A stretch of DNA of 64,000 nt from an uncultured Flavobacteriaceae bacterium (GTDB lineage Bacteria > Bacteroidota > Bacteroidia > Flavobacteriales > Flavobacteriaceae): contig CAYGUC010000008.1 in assembly GCA_964353005.1 (NCBI GenBank), positions 17,579 to 81,578 of the forward strand. Reading direction: 5' to 3'. A program made the position numbers and the translations under genes. The first letter of the stretch is position 1. Each line of letters opens with the position of its first letter. Under the pieces are notes generated by a model. That model was given only the letters and a program-made list of their open reading frames with translations, made no database searches and was not told where the DNA came from. This document shows positions 56,621 to 64,000 of this stretch, piece after piece.

Positions 56621-57496
56621 ATGGAAAAATATAGTACTGTATTTATAGATGCTTTTACAGGAAATATAGATTGGACTATAAAATCTATAGTTTTTGACGT
56701 TCCTTGGTTTACTAATTATTTTTGGGGATTAACTATTATATCTTTGTTAGTTTGGGGACTAGAAATTGCTTTTCCCTGGAGAAAAAACCAGTCTGTTTTC
56801 AGAAAAGATTTTTGGTTAGATGGGTTTTATATGTATTTCAATTTCTTCGTCTTTGCTATTGTTATTGGTGGGTTTTACAAACTCTTAGAAATTTTTCTTA
56901 ACGATATAGGAATCTCTACAAAAAGCTTGACCGTTATCGATATTTCTACATTACCAATGTGGGCACAACTCCTGTTATTTTTTATTATCCTAGATTTTGT
57001 ACAATGGTTTACGCATGTTTTGCTTCATAAATACCCATTTTTATGGAGGTTTCATAAAATACACCATTCTGTTAAAGAAATGGGATTTGCAGCACATTTA
57101 CGGTATCATTGGATGGAAAACATTTTTTATAAGCCCTTAAAAACTATTGGAGTAATGATTTTGGGAGGCTTCGAACCAGAGCAAGCTTATATTGTACACT
57201 TTTTTGCAATTATGATTGGGCATTTTAATCATGCAAATATTAAAATTACCTGGGGGCCATTAAAATACCTCCTAAACAACCCGGTAATGCACCTTTATCA
57301 TCATTCGTATAGTATCCCCAAAAACTCTTATGGAGTAAATTTCGGCATTAGTCTAAGCATTTGGGATTATATCTTTAAAACCAATTATATCCCAGAAGAT
57401 AGCGGTACTATCGAAATTGGTTTTCCTGGAGATGAACAAGTTCCTAAACACTTTTGGAAACAAATTATGTATGGATTTGGAAAGACAAAAACATAA
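56621..57496 (+). CDS. Fatty-acid hydroxylase / sterol desaturase-family membrane protein
   Basis: His boxes (HVLLHK, HKIHHS, HLYHH) and multiple TM helices. Confidence 0.8.
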   Translation: MEKYSTVFIDAFTGNIDWTIKSIVFDVPWFTNYFWGLTIISLLVWGLEIAFPWRKNQSVFRKDFWLDGFYMYFNFFVFAIVIGGFYKLLEIFLNDIGISTKSLTVIDISTLPMWAQLLLFFIILDFVQWFTHVLLHKYPFLWRFHKIHHSVKEMGFAAHLRYHWMENIFYKPLKTIGVMILGGFEPEQAYIVHFFAIMIGHFNHANIKITWGPLKYLLNNPVMHLYHHSYSIPKNSYGVNFGISLSIWDYIFKTNYIPEDSGTIEIGFPGDEQVPKHFWKQIMYGFGKTKT

Positions 57497-57663
57497 AACA
57501 CTATACCATATCGCATTTTAATATACACTCCTACAAACAACAAATGTACAATACAAAATCATACATATAGCAGCTTTAAAACAATCAAACCATATATTAC
57601 TACGTTAGAATTACTTTGTTATATTGTAATTTAATAAAAGTTTTCGCTAACCGAACAACATAT

Positions 57664-58413
57664 ATGAAACTCTTGGCTCTCGGTATTATATTTCTAATCC
57701 TGTGTAAAGGGAACGCTCAACAGCAAAAAGATTTTAATCCTAACACGTATCGGTTTAGTTATAAATCTGAGGTTTATAAAGGCACCAGAGTAGAGATAAC
57801 CTCAAAATTAAGAGCATTAAAAAACAATTCCTGGTTTGTAAACATTCCTGAAGAAAAAAAAACGGTACTCAATATCCTGTTTAAAAAAGTAAAAGAGCAA
57901 CCCATACCAAAATTATACAAAAAACAAGCTATCACATTTTTAGATGCTCTATACGCTTATGAAGAGTTTTTAAAGATATATGATAACGCACTTTATGAGG
58001 TGATTCTTAACCTTAAACAAGATATGCGCCGTCTTGATTTTAAATTCGAAAGACAATTTACAAAAGCTAAGATAGCCCTAGAACGTGCTAATAAAGAAGA
58101 TAAAAATAATACTCAAAAGATAGATCTTATTAGCAAAGAGCTTCTGGATAGCCAGATAAAATTAATATGCCACCGATGGATGAAAAAGAAAATAGAAAAA
58201 TATAAAGGTATGGATGCAATTAAAAACCCCGATATCCTGATTGCAGAATTTAAAAAGGAAGAAGCTATGCATGTTTTTACTATGATCGAAAAAAAAAGGA
58301 TAGAACAAATTAGTGCATATCTTGAAAACCAGATCATTGATTTCTTTTATAATAAATCTCTACCCGAAATAGATATTGAAGATCTTCAACTAGACTATAT
58401 AGATAAATTATAA
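57664..58413 (+). CDS. Secreted hypothetical protein (249 aa from the ATG at 57664)
   Basis: Signal peptide MKLLALGIIFLILCKGNAQQ, Lys/Glu-rich helical sequence, no known motif. Confidence 0.5.
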   Translation: MKLLALGIIFLILCKGNAQQQKDFNPNTYRFSYKSEVYKGTRVEITSKLRALKNNSWFVNIPEEKKTVLNILFKKVKEQPIPKLYKKQAITFLDALYAYEEFLKIYDNALYEVILNLKQDMRRLDFKFERQFTKAKIALERANKEDKNNTQKIDLISKELLDSQIKLICHRWMKKKIEKYKGMDAIKNPDILIAEFKKEEAMHVFTMIEKKRIEQISAYLENQIIDFFYNKSLPEIDIEDLQLDYIDKL

Positions 58414-58466
58414 ACTATTCTAATACTAATAATTTATAAGTATCTTTCTTTCCTTAATAACCATTC

Positions 58467-59738
58467 ATGACAGAATCTAATAAAAATAAAAATGCCTGGG
58501 CTTGGGTACCATCCTTATATTTTACAGAAGGCTTACCTTATATCATTATCATCACAGTTTCTGTAATAATGTATAAAAAATTAGGAATAAGCAATGCCGA
58601 TATTGGGCTATACACCAGCTGGCTTTATTTACCTTGGGTTGTAAAACCCTTATGGAGTCCTTTTGTAGATCTTAAAAGCACTAAACGTAATTGGTTTTTG
58701 GCAATGCAACTCATTATTGCAATTGCATTTTTAATAGTTGGTCTAACCATACCAACCAATAACTTTTTTATATTAAGTCTTTCCTTTTTTTGGATTGCAG
58801 CTTTTGCATCTGCCACAAATGATATCGCATCTGATGGATATTATCTAATTAGCCTTTCTGAAAAAAAACAATCTTTTTTTCTTGGAGTTCGAAGCACTTT
58901 TTATCGTTTAGCAATGATAACGGGGCAAGGATTAATTGTTATACTTGCCGGCTTTTTAGAAGAGCATTATGGCAACAATCAAAAAGCATGGTCTTATACC
59001 ATGATCATTACGGCTGTTTTTATGATTACACTAACCTTGCTAAACCTGTTTACCACTCCAAAAGTAGAAACATTAGCTAAAGCTACAGAAGAAAAACCTT
59101 TAGGCTTTTTTGATGTATTTAAAACATTTTTTCAAAAAAAACAAATTGGTATTGCTCTTGCCTTTATACTGGTATATCGCTTGGGAGAATCGCAATTACT
59201 AAAAATGGCATCCCCGTTTTTATTAGATCAAACAGATACTGGTGGATTAGCTTTATCTACTACTGAAGTAGGTGTTATTTATGGCACTTTCGGGATTATT
59301 GCATTGGTAATCGGAGGTATTCTGGGAGGTATTGCAATTTCTATAAACGGATTAAAAAAATGGATGCTCCCAATGGCTCTGGCAATGAACCTTCCTAATA
59401 TATTATATGTCTTATTATCCTTTTGGAAACCATCTTCTACCCTATTTGTTACCGTAACCGTTATTGTAGAGCAATTTGGGTATGGATTTGGGTTTGCCGC
59501 CTATCTTATGTTTTTAATTTATGTGGCAGAAGGAGTTTCTAAAACCTCTCATTATGCTATTGCAACAGGATTTATGGCATTGGGCGTGATGCTACCTGGT
59601 ATGATTAGTGGTTTTATACAAGAAGCTATAGGATATACAGGATTTTTTATTTGGGTTGCTATTGCAGCAATACCCGGGATTATCCTTACCAGATATATTA
59701 AATACCCTGCAACCTATGGAAAGAAAGATAAAGATTAA
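58467..59738 (+). CDS. ampG: AmpG-family muropeptide MFS permease
   Basis: 12-TM MFS. N-terminal WVPSLYFTEGLPY and LPWVVKPLWSPFVD motifs. Sits beside nagZ-like and anmK. Confidence 0.75.
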   Translation: MTESNKNKNAWAWVPSLYFTEGLPYIIIITVSVIMYKKLGISNADIGLYTSWLYLPWVVKPLWSPFVDLKSTKRNWFLAMQLIIAIAFLIVGLTIPTNNFFILSLSFFWIAAFASATNDIASDGYYLISLSEKKQSFFLGVRSTFYRLAMITGQGLIVILAGFLEEHYGNNQKAWSYTMIITAVFMITLTLLNLFTTPKVETLAKATEEKPLGFFDVFKTFFQKKQIGIALAFILVYRLGESQLLKMASPFLLDQTDTGGLALSTTEVGVIYGTFGIIALVIGGILGGIAISINGLKKWMLPMALAMNLPNILYVLLSFWKPSSTLFVTVTVIVEQFGYGFGFAAYLMFLIYVAEGVSKTSHYAIATGFMALGVMLPGMISGFIQEAIGYTGFFIWVAIAAIPGIILTRYIKYPATYGKKDKD

Positions 59739-59762
59739 CCACCAAAAAGTTACACACAAACA

Positions 59763-61322
59763 ATGAATATACCCAGCCTTTCTATAACCGAAAAAATTGG
59801 TCAATTTTTCTTTCCAGCAGCATTTATAAACGATACAGATCAAGAAGTAAAACAAATAGAGCAACTTATACAAAACTATAAAATTGGCGGTCTTACTTTT
59901 TTTCATAGCAGAGCTAGTGCTGCAACAAATTTTGAAGGAAAGAAAACCGTAATTAGAAATGAAAATAGTGCGCAGCGACTATCAGAGCTTATCACCCATT
60001 ACCAAAGTATCTCCTCCTCTCCTCTATTAATTAGTATAGATGCAGAATGGGGTTTGGCTATGCGGGTAGAAAACACCCCACAATATCCGTATGCAATTAC
60101 CCTGGGGGCTATTCCAAAAAATCAAATACAATGGATTTATGAAGTAGGAAAACAAGTAGGGATAGATCTAAAAAACATGGGAATCCATCTTAACTTAGCT
60201 CCTGTGGCAGATGTAAATACCAATCCTAATAACCCGGTAATTGGGTATAGATCTTTTGGCGAAAACAAAGAGCTGGTTACCAATACCTCTATTGCTTTTT
60301 ATAATGGTCTAAAAGCTTCAGGAATATTAGGGTGTTTCAAACACTTTCCCGGGCATGGAGATACCGAAGTAGATTCGCATCTGGGGCTTCCTGTAATACA
60401 TTCATCCAAACAAGATGTATATAATCAAGAGCTGTACCCTTTTATAAAAGCAATCGAATCTAAAATAGACAGTATCCTGATCGGACATTTGGCAGTCCCT
60501 TCTTTATCCCAAGGAAAAAATGTTTCTGCAACCCTTTCCAAAGATATTATAAAAGGAATACTTCGTAAAGAATTAGGTTTTGAAGGCGTAGTAATCTCGG
60601 ATGCACTTAATATGCATAGCGTTTCTAAATTATACCCTAAAAAAGGAATCCTGGAGTGGAAAGCTTTTGATGCAGGAAACGATATATTATGTTTTGCCGA
60701 ACATGTAGAAGAAGGTATTCTTGCTATAGAAAAAAATGGAACTAATGCGCAAATTGAAGAAAGTTTTAGCAGAATACAAAAGCTAAAAGAAAATGCTTTT
60801 AAAGAAACCACCTCTACTGCTGTTTTTGATTTTGAAAAAGCAACCAGTTTAAATCATGCTATTGCAAAGCAATCCATCACCTACCATAAATCAGATATAA
60901 AAAGTTTCGAAAAATTTAATACCGAAAAATTTGAAATCCTTGTTTTGGGTACATCCATAGATTGTGTGTTTTGTAAAAAAATTAAAAAATCGAAGTACTG
61001 TACCTCTATAAAGGATATCCATAGCCCAGTATTCGAATACACTACCAATAATATAGGGATAGCCTTGTTTCCTCCCTCTGTAAAACCGATACAGGAATTT
61101 GGTATGAATGCCGAAATAAAAGACAGGATTCTGGAGTTAAGTAAAACAAAAAACGTAGTACTCTATCTATTTGGTAACCCTTATGCTTTACGGGTATTAC
61201 CAACTAAAAATATTACAAATATAATACTTGCTTATCAGGATTTTGAAACCTTTCAGCAAGTAGCTGCACAGCATTTTATTGGACAACACAAGGCTGTAGG
61301 AAAATCTCCTGTACGACTTTAA
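59763..61322 (+). CDS. nagZ: GH3 beta-N-acetylglucosaminidase (NagZ-like) with a C-terminal extension
   Basis: GH3 motifs (DAEWGLAMR, KHFPGHGDTEVDSH, VISDALNM). Confidence 0.8.
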   Translation: MNIPSLSITEKIGQFFFPAAFINDTDQEVKQIEQLIQNYKIGGLTFFHSRASAATNFEGKKTVIRNENSAQRLSELITHYQSISSSPLLISIDAEWGLAMRVENTPQYPYAITLGAIPKNQIQWIYEVGKQVGIDLKNMGIHLNLAPVADVNTNPNNPVIGYRSFGENKELVTNTSIAFYNGLKASGILGCFKHFPGHGDTEVDSHLGLPVIHSSKQDVYNQELYPFIKAIESKIDSILIGHLAVPSLSQGKNVSATLSKDIIKGILRKELGFEGVVISDALNMHSVSKLYPKKGILEWKAFDAGNDILCFAEHVEEGILAIEKNGTNAQIEESFSRIQKLKENAFKETTSTAVFDFEKATSLNHAIAKQSITYHKSDIKSFEKFNTEKFEILVLGTSIDCVFCKKIKKSKYCTSIKDIHSPVFEYTTNNIGIALFPPSVKPIQEFGMNAEIKDRILELSKTKNVVLYLFGNPYALRVLPTKNITNIILAYQDFETFQQVAAQHFIGQHKAVGKSPVRL

Positions 61323-61333
61323 ACAGAATCTCT

Positions 61334-62410
61334 ATGAAAAAACCATATACTGTAATCGGTTTAATGTCTGGAACCTCGCTGGATGGTTTGGACATTACTT
61401 GTTGCAAATTCGAAAACAAAGAAGGGCTTTGGTCCTTCTCTATTCTTTATACAAACGCTATAGAGTATACCGATTATTTAAAAAATAAGCTAAAAAATGC
61501 AATACACTTAAATACTGTAGATTTATTAGCGTTTCATAATGAGTATGGAAATTGGCTTGGCAAACAGGTTAAAAAATTTATAGCTCAAAATAATCTTACG
61601 GTAGATTTTGTTGCCAGTCATGGACATACCGTTTTTCATCAACCAGAAATCGGTGTAACTTATCAAATAGGATCCGGGCAACATCTGGCTAATGCATCTG
61701 GTCAAAAAGTTATCTGTGATTTTAGAACCAACGATGTAAATTTGGGAGGTCAGGGCGCGCCTCTGGTACCTATAGGAGATCAATTACTGTTTGGTACCTA
61801 TGATTTTTGTCTCAATCTGGGCGGGATTAGCAATATTTCTTTTACTATGGAAGGAAAAAGAATTGCCTACGATATTTCTCCTGCCAATATGTTACTAAAT
61901 TATATTTGTGCTACTATAGGCAAAACATACGATAAAGGCGGAGAAATTGCCAGAACAGGCACCCTAAACAAATATGTATTAGACACTCTAAATAATTTAG
62001 ACTACTATAAACTACCTTTTCCTAAATCTTTGGGATACGAATGGTTTATCAAAAAGATAGTCCCCATTATAGATGCTACTCCAGATACTGCTCAAAATCT
62101 TTTACATACAGCGGTACACCATATTGCTACTCAAATTACTTTTGCTATTACAGATACCAAAAGTAAAAATGCTTCTTTACTCGTTACGGGTGGCGGTGCA
62201 AAAAATGATTTCCTTATCAAAGTATTACAACAAAAACTAGAGTATTCTACTACGGTTATAGTCCCTTCAGAAGAGATTATAGATTTTAAAGAAGCCTTAA
62301 TTTTTGCATTTATGGGCGTATTACGAGACAAAAACGAAATAAATTGTTTAAAATCTGTTACCGGCGCTCGTATAGATTCCTCTTCTGGAGTAATTTTTGA
62401 GCCTTGGTAA
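61334..62410 (+). CDS. anmK: Anhydro-N-acetylmuramic acid kinase
   Basis: N-terminal GLMSGTSLDGLD and internal NLGGISN and GGGAKN motifs. Confidence 0.9.
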   Translation: MKKPYTVIGLMSGTSLDGLDITCCKFENKEGLWSFSILYTNAIEYTDYLKNKLKNAIHLNTVDLLAFHNEYGNWLGKQVKKFIAQNNLTVDFVASHGHTVFHQPEIGVTYQIGSGQHLANASGQKVICDFRTNDVNLGGQGAPLVPIGDQLLFGTYDFCLNLGGISNISFTMEGKRIAYDISPANMLLNYICATIGKTYDKGGEIARTGTLNKYVLDTLNNLDYYKLPFPKSLGYEWFIKKIVPIIDATPDTAQNLLHTAVHHIATQITFAITDTKSKNASLLVTGGGAKNDFLIKVLQQKLEYSTTVIVPSEEIIDFKEALIFAFMGVLRDKNEINCLKSVTGARIDSSSGVIFEPW

Positions 62411-62570
62411 AAATTTAAAATAACAACCTAAATCTGATTTAACTAAAATATTAAAGAAAGTGTCAATTCTACTAATGATTTTCTACTTTCGCATTACGAA
62501 TAGCTATACGTTAACTAGATTATTACACCTCTTGAAATAGGCATAAAAAAATAATATTTTTATCTTTTTA

Positions 62571-63641
62571 ATGCTACAGATTTTATACAGAGAAAATATG
62601 GTTGATAAAGAAAATTTGCTACAAGCTGTTTTAGATAAAACAGTAGATAAAAAGAAAATATTCGGAACTTCGTTCGCTATAAAAAAAGCCGATTTAATAT
62701 GGCATGGTGCTTCAGGAAATTTATCTAATGAACAGCCTTACTTCATTGCCAGCACAACAAAATTATTTACCACGGCAATTATTTTACGATTAAAATCAGA
62801 AGGAAAACTAAACCTTGAAGATAAGATTAGTACCTATTTAAATGAATCGGTTATGAGTGCTTTGCACGTTTTCAAGGGAAAAGATTATTCAGACAGATTA
62901 ACTATCCAACATTTACTTGCCCATACATCGGGGCTTCCCGACTATTTTCAGGGGAAAGGTAAAAACGGAAAAAGTTTGGAGGATGAAATTAAAAGTGGTA
63001 ATGACCAATCCTGGACTTTTAAACAAGCCATAGAAAGGACTAAAGCAATGAAACCACTTTTTATTCCTGGTACAAAGAAAAAAGCAAATTATTCGGATGC
63101 TAATTTTCAATTACTTGGCAAAATCATTGAAATAATCACTAATACCCCTTTTTCTGAAAATTGTACCAATTTAATCATAAAACCACTGGGCTTATCAAAA
63201 ACATACCTTTATCAAGATTTTACCGACACTACACCAAAAACACTTTATTACAAGGACAGAGAACTAAACATTCCCAAAGCAATGACTTCATTTGGCCCAG
63301 ATGGTGGCATTGTTTCAACATCAGCCGAAATGCTCATATTTATAGAAGCATTTTTTACAGGCAAGCTTTTCCCTGTCGAATACATTAATGAATTGCAAAA
63401 ATGGAATAAGATATTTTTCCCAATGCGTTCAGGTATAGGCATACACTTATTTAAACTCCCTTGGTTTTTTAATCCGACTGGTGCTGTACCTATATTTTTA
63501 GGGCATTCAGGACTTTCTGGGGCATTAGCTTATTACAGCCCAAAGGAAAAGGTATACATTGTTGGAACAGTAAATCAAGTTGCCTATCCAGATATTTCCT
63601 TCAAAACAATGATTAAATTGACACAAGCACTAAAAAAATAA
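62571..63641 (+). CDS. Serine hydrolase, beta-lactamase fold (start may be the Met at 62598)
   Basis: SxxK motif (IASTTKLF), YSD(A)N motif and HSG near the C-terminus. Confidence 0.75.
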   Translation: MLQILYRENMVDKENLLQAVLDKTVDKKKIFGTSFAIKKADLIWHGASGNLSNEQPYFIASTTKLFTTAIILRLKSEGKLNLEDKISTYLNESVMSALHVFKGKDYSDRLTIQHLLAHTSGLPDYFQGKGKNGKSLEDEIKSGNDQSWTFKQAIERTKAMKPLFIPGTKKKANYSDANFQLLGKIIEIITNTPFSENCTNLIIKPLGLSKTYLYQDFTDTTPKTLYYKDRELNIPKAMTSFGPDGGIVSTSAEMLIFIEAFFTGKLFPVEYINELQKWNKIFFPMRSGIGIHLFKLPWFFNPTGAVPIFLGHSGLSGALAYYSPKEKVYIVGTVNQVAYPDISFKTMIKLTQALKK

Positions 63642-63884
63642 AGATGAGTATTAGTCGTAATAATTCTTAAGAATAATAGTAAGATTCCTAATTAAAAACA
63701 CTTTACTCTAAAAATTCTTTTTTACATACACTCTGATGGTCTTTAGGTGAGGTTAGATACTCTATTTTTAAACTCCAACGCTATTTGGATGAGGTTGGAC
63801 AACATCAAAATGCATTTTGCAGGATTCGAAGATCCTAAGATGCCCTCTGTATGTATATAGATCTCGATATAGAAAATTTAATAA

Positions 63885-64000
63885 CGTGAGTTCGACGTAA
63901 GGACTTGGCTTTAAAAAGCCGTCAAATTGAGTGATTTTTCATAGTGAAACGGAGAAAAATTGTATCGAAATTAGGCTTTTGCTTAAAAATTTACTTGTCT
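63885..64000. repeat. Mosaic intergenic repeat element (copy 4, truncated by the window end)
   Basis: ggctttaaaaagccgtcaaattgagtgattttt...aaaattgta...ggcttttgcttaaaaatttacttgtct is clearly homologous to 20388-20490. Confidence 0.8.

Overview
The window is AT-rich and looks like a chromosomal segment from a Flavobacteriia-type Bacteroidota genome. Supporting signs are a SusC/SusD pair, lipoprotein signal peptides, a Bacteroidetes-type TssD domain and two tRNA-Pro genes. The genus cannot be determined from the sequence alone.

Most of the window is recognisable metabolism:
- 1-10.9 kb: a chitin or chitooligosaccharide utilisation locus (SusC/SusD, long-form NagB, GlcNAc-kinase-like ATPase, GH20, GH18 chitinase).
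- 40-47 kb: a low-oxygen block (ferredoxin, U32-family protein, ADP-forming acyl-CoA synthetase, Rrf2 regulator, cydAB) flanked by two tRNA-Pro genes.
- 48.4-52 kb: a zinc-starvation-type block (COG0523 GTPase, MacB-like ABC transporter with a His-rich loop, DUF3299-like protein).
- 53-56.5 kb: a sulfide-detoxification cluster (persulfide dioxygenase-rhodanese fusion, peroxiredoxin, type II SQR).
- 58.5-63.6 kb: a peptidoglycan-recycling cluster (ampG, nagZ-like, anmK, beta-lactamase-fold hydrolase).

The most interesting region is 24.8-37.7 kb. It holds a lanthipeptide-type RiPP cluster made of a 65-aa precursor, a split LanB and a LanC-like protein. By manual alignment the LanC-like protein lacks all three canonical zinc ligands, and it carries an unexplained C-terminal extension of about 230 aa. 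The precursor gene sits at the 3' end of an operon encoding a small His/Cys membrane protein, an ABC ATPase, two large ABC-2 permeases and a TonB-dependent siderophore-type receptor. The far side of the region is bounded by a Fur-family regulator. Three near-identical palindromes (TGCAACTT-N-G-N-TGCA) lie at the three intergenic control points of this region. That pattern suggests a single metal-responsive unit coupling a modified His/Cys-rich peptide to outer-membrane uptake; this is a hypothesis only.

Other notable items:
- An orphan TssD(Hcp)-lipase fusion with a downstream lipoprotein, probably a type VI effector/immunity pair.
- A roughly 330-bp array of 17 copies of a GGGGA-core motif phased at about 20.5 bp, arranged as two opposed blocks in a divergent promoter region.
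- A long-form pyruvoyl (PSD-family) decarboxylase.
- A family of mosaic MITE-like intergenic repeats at four sites.

All functional calls rest on motif recognition by eye. No database search was run.
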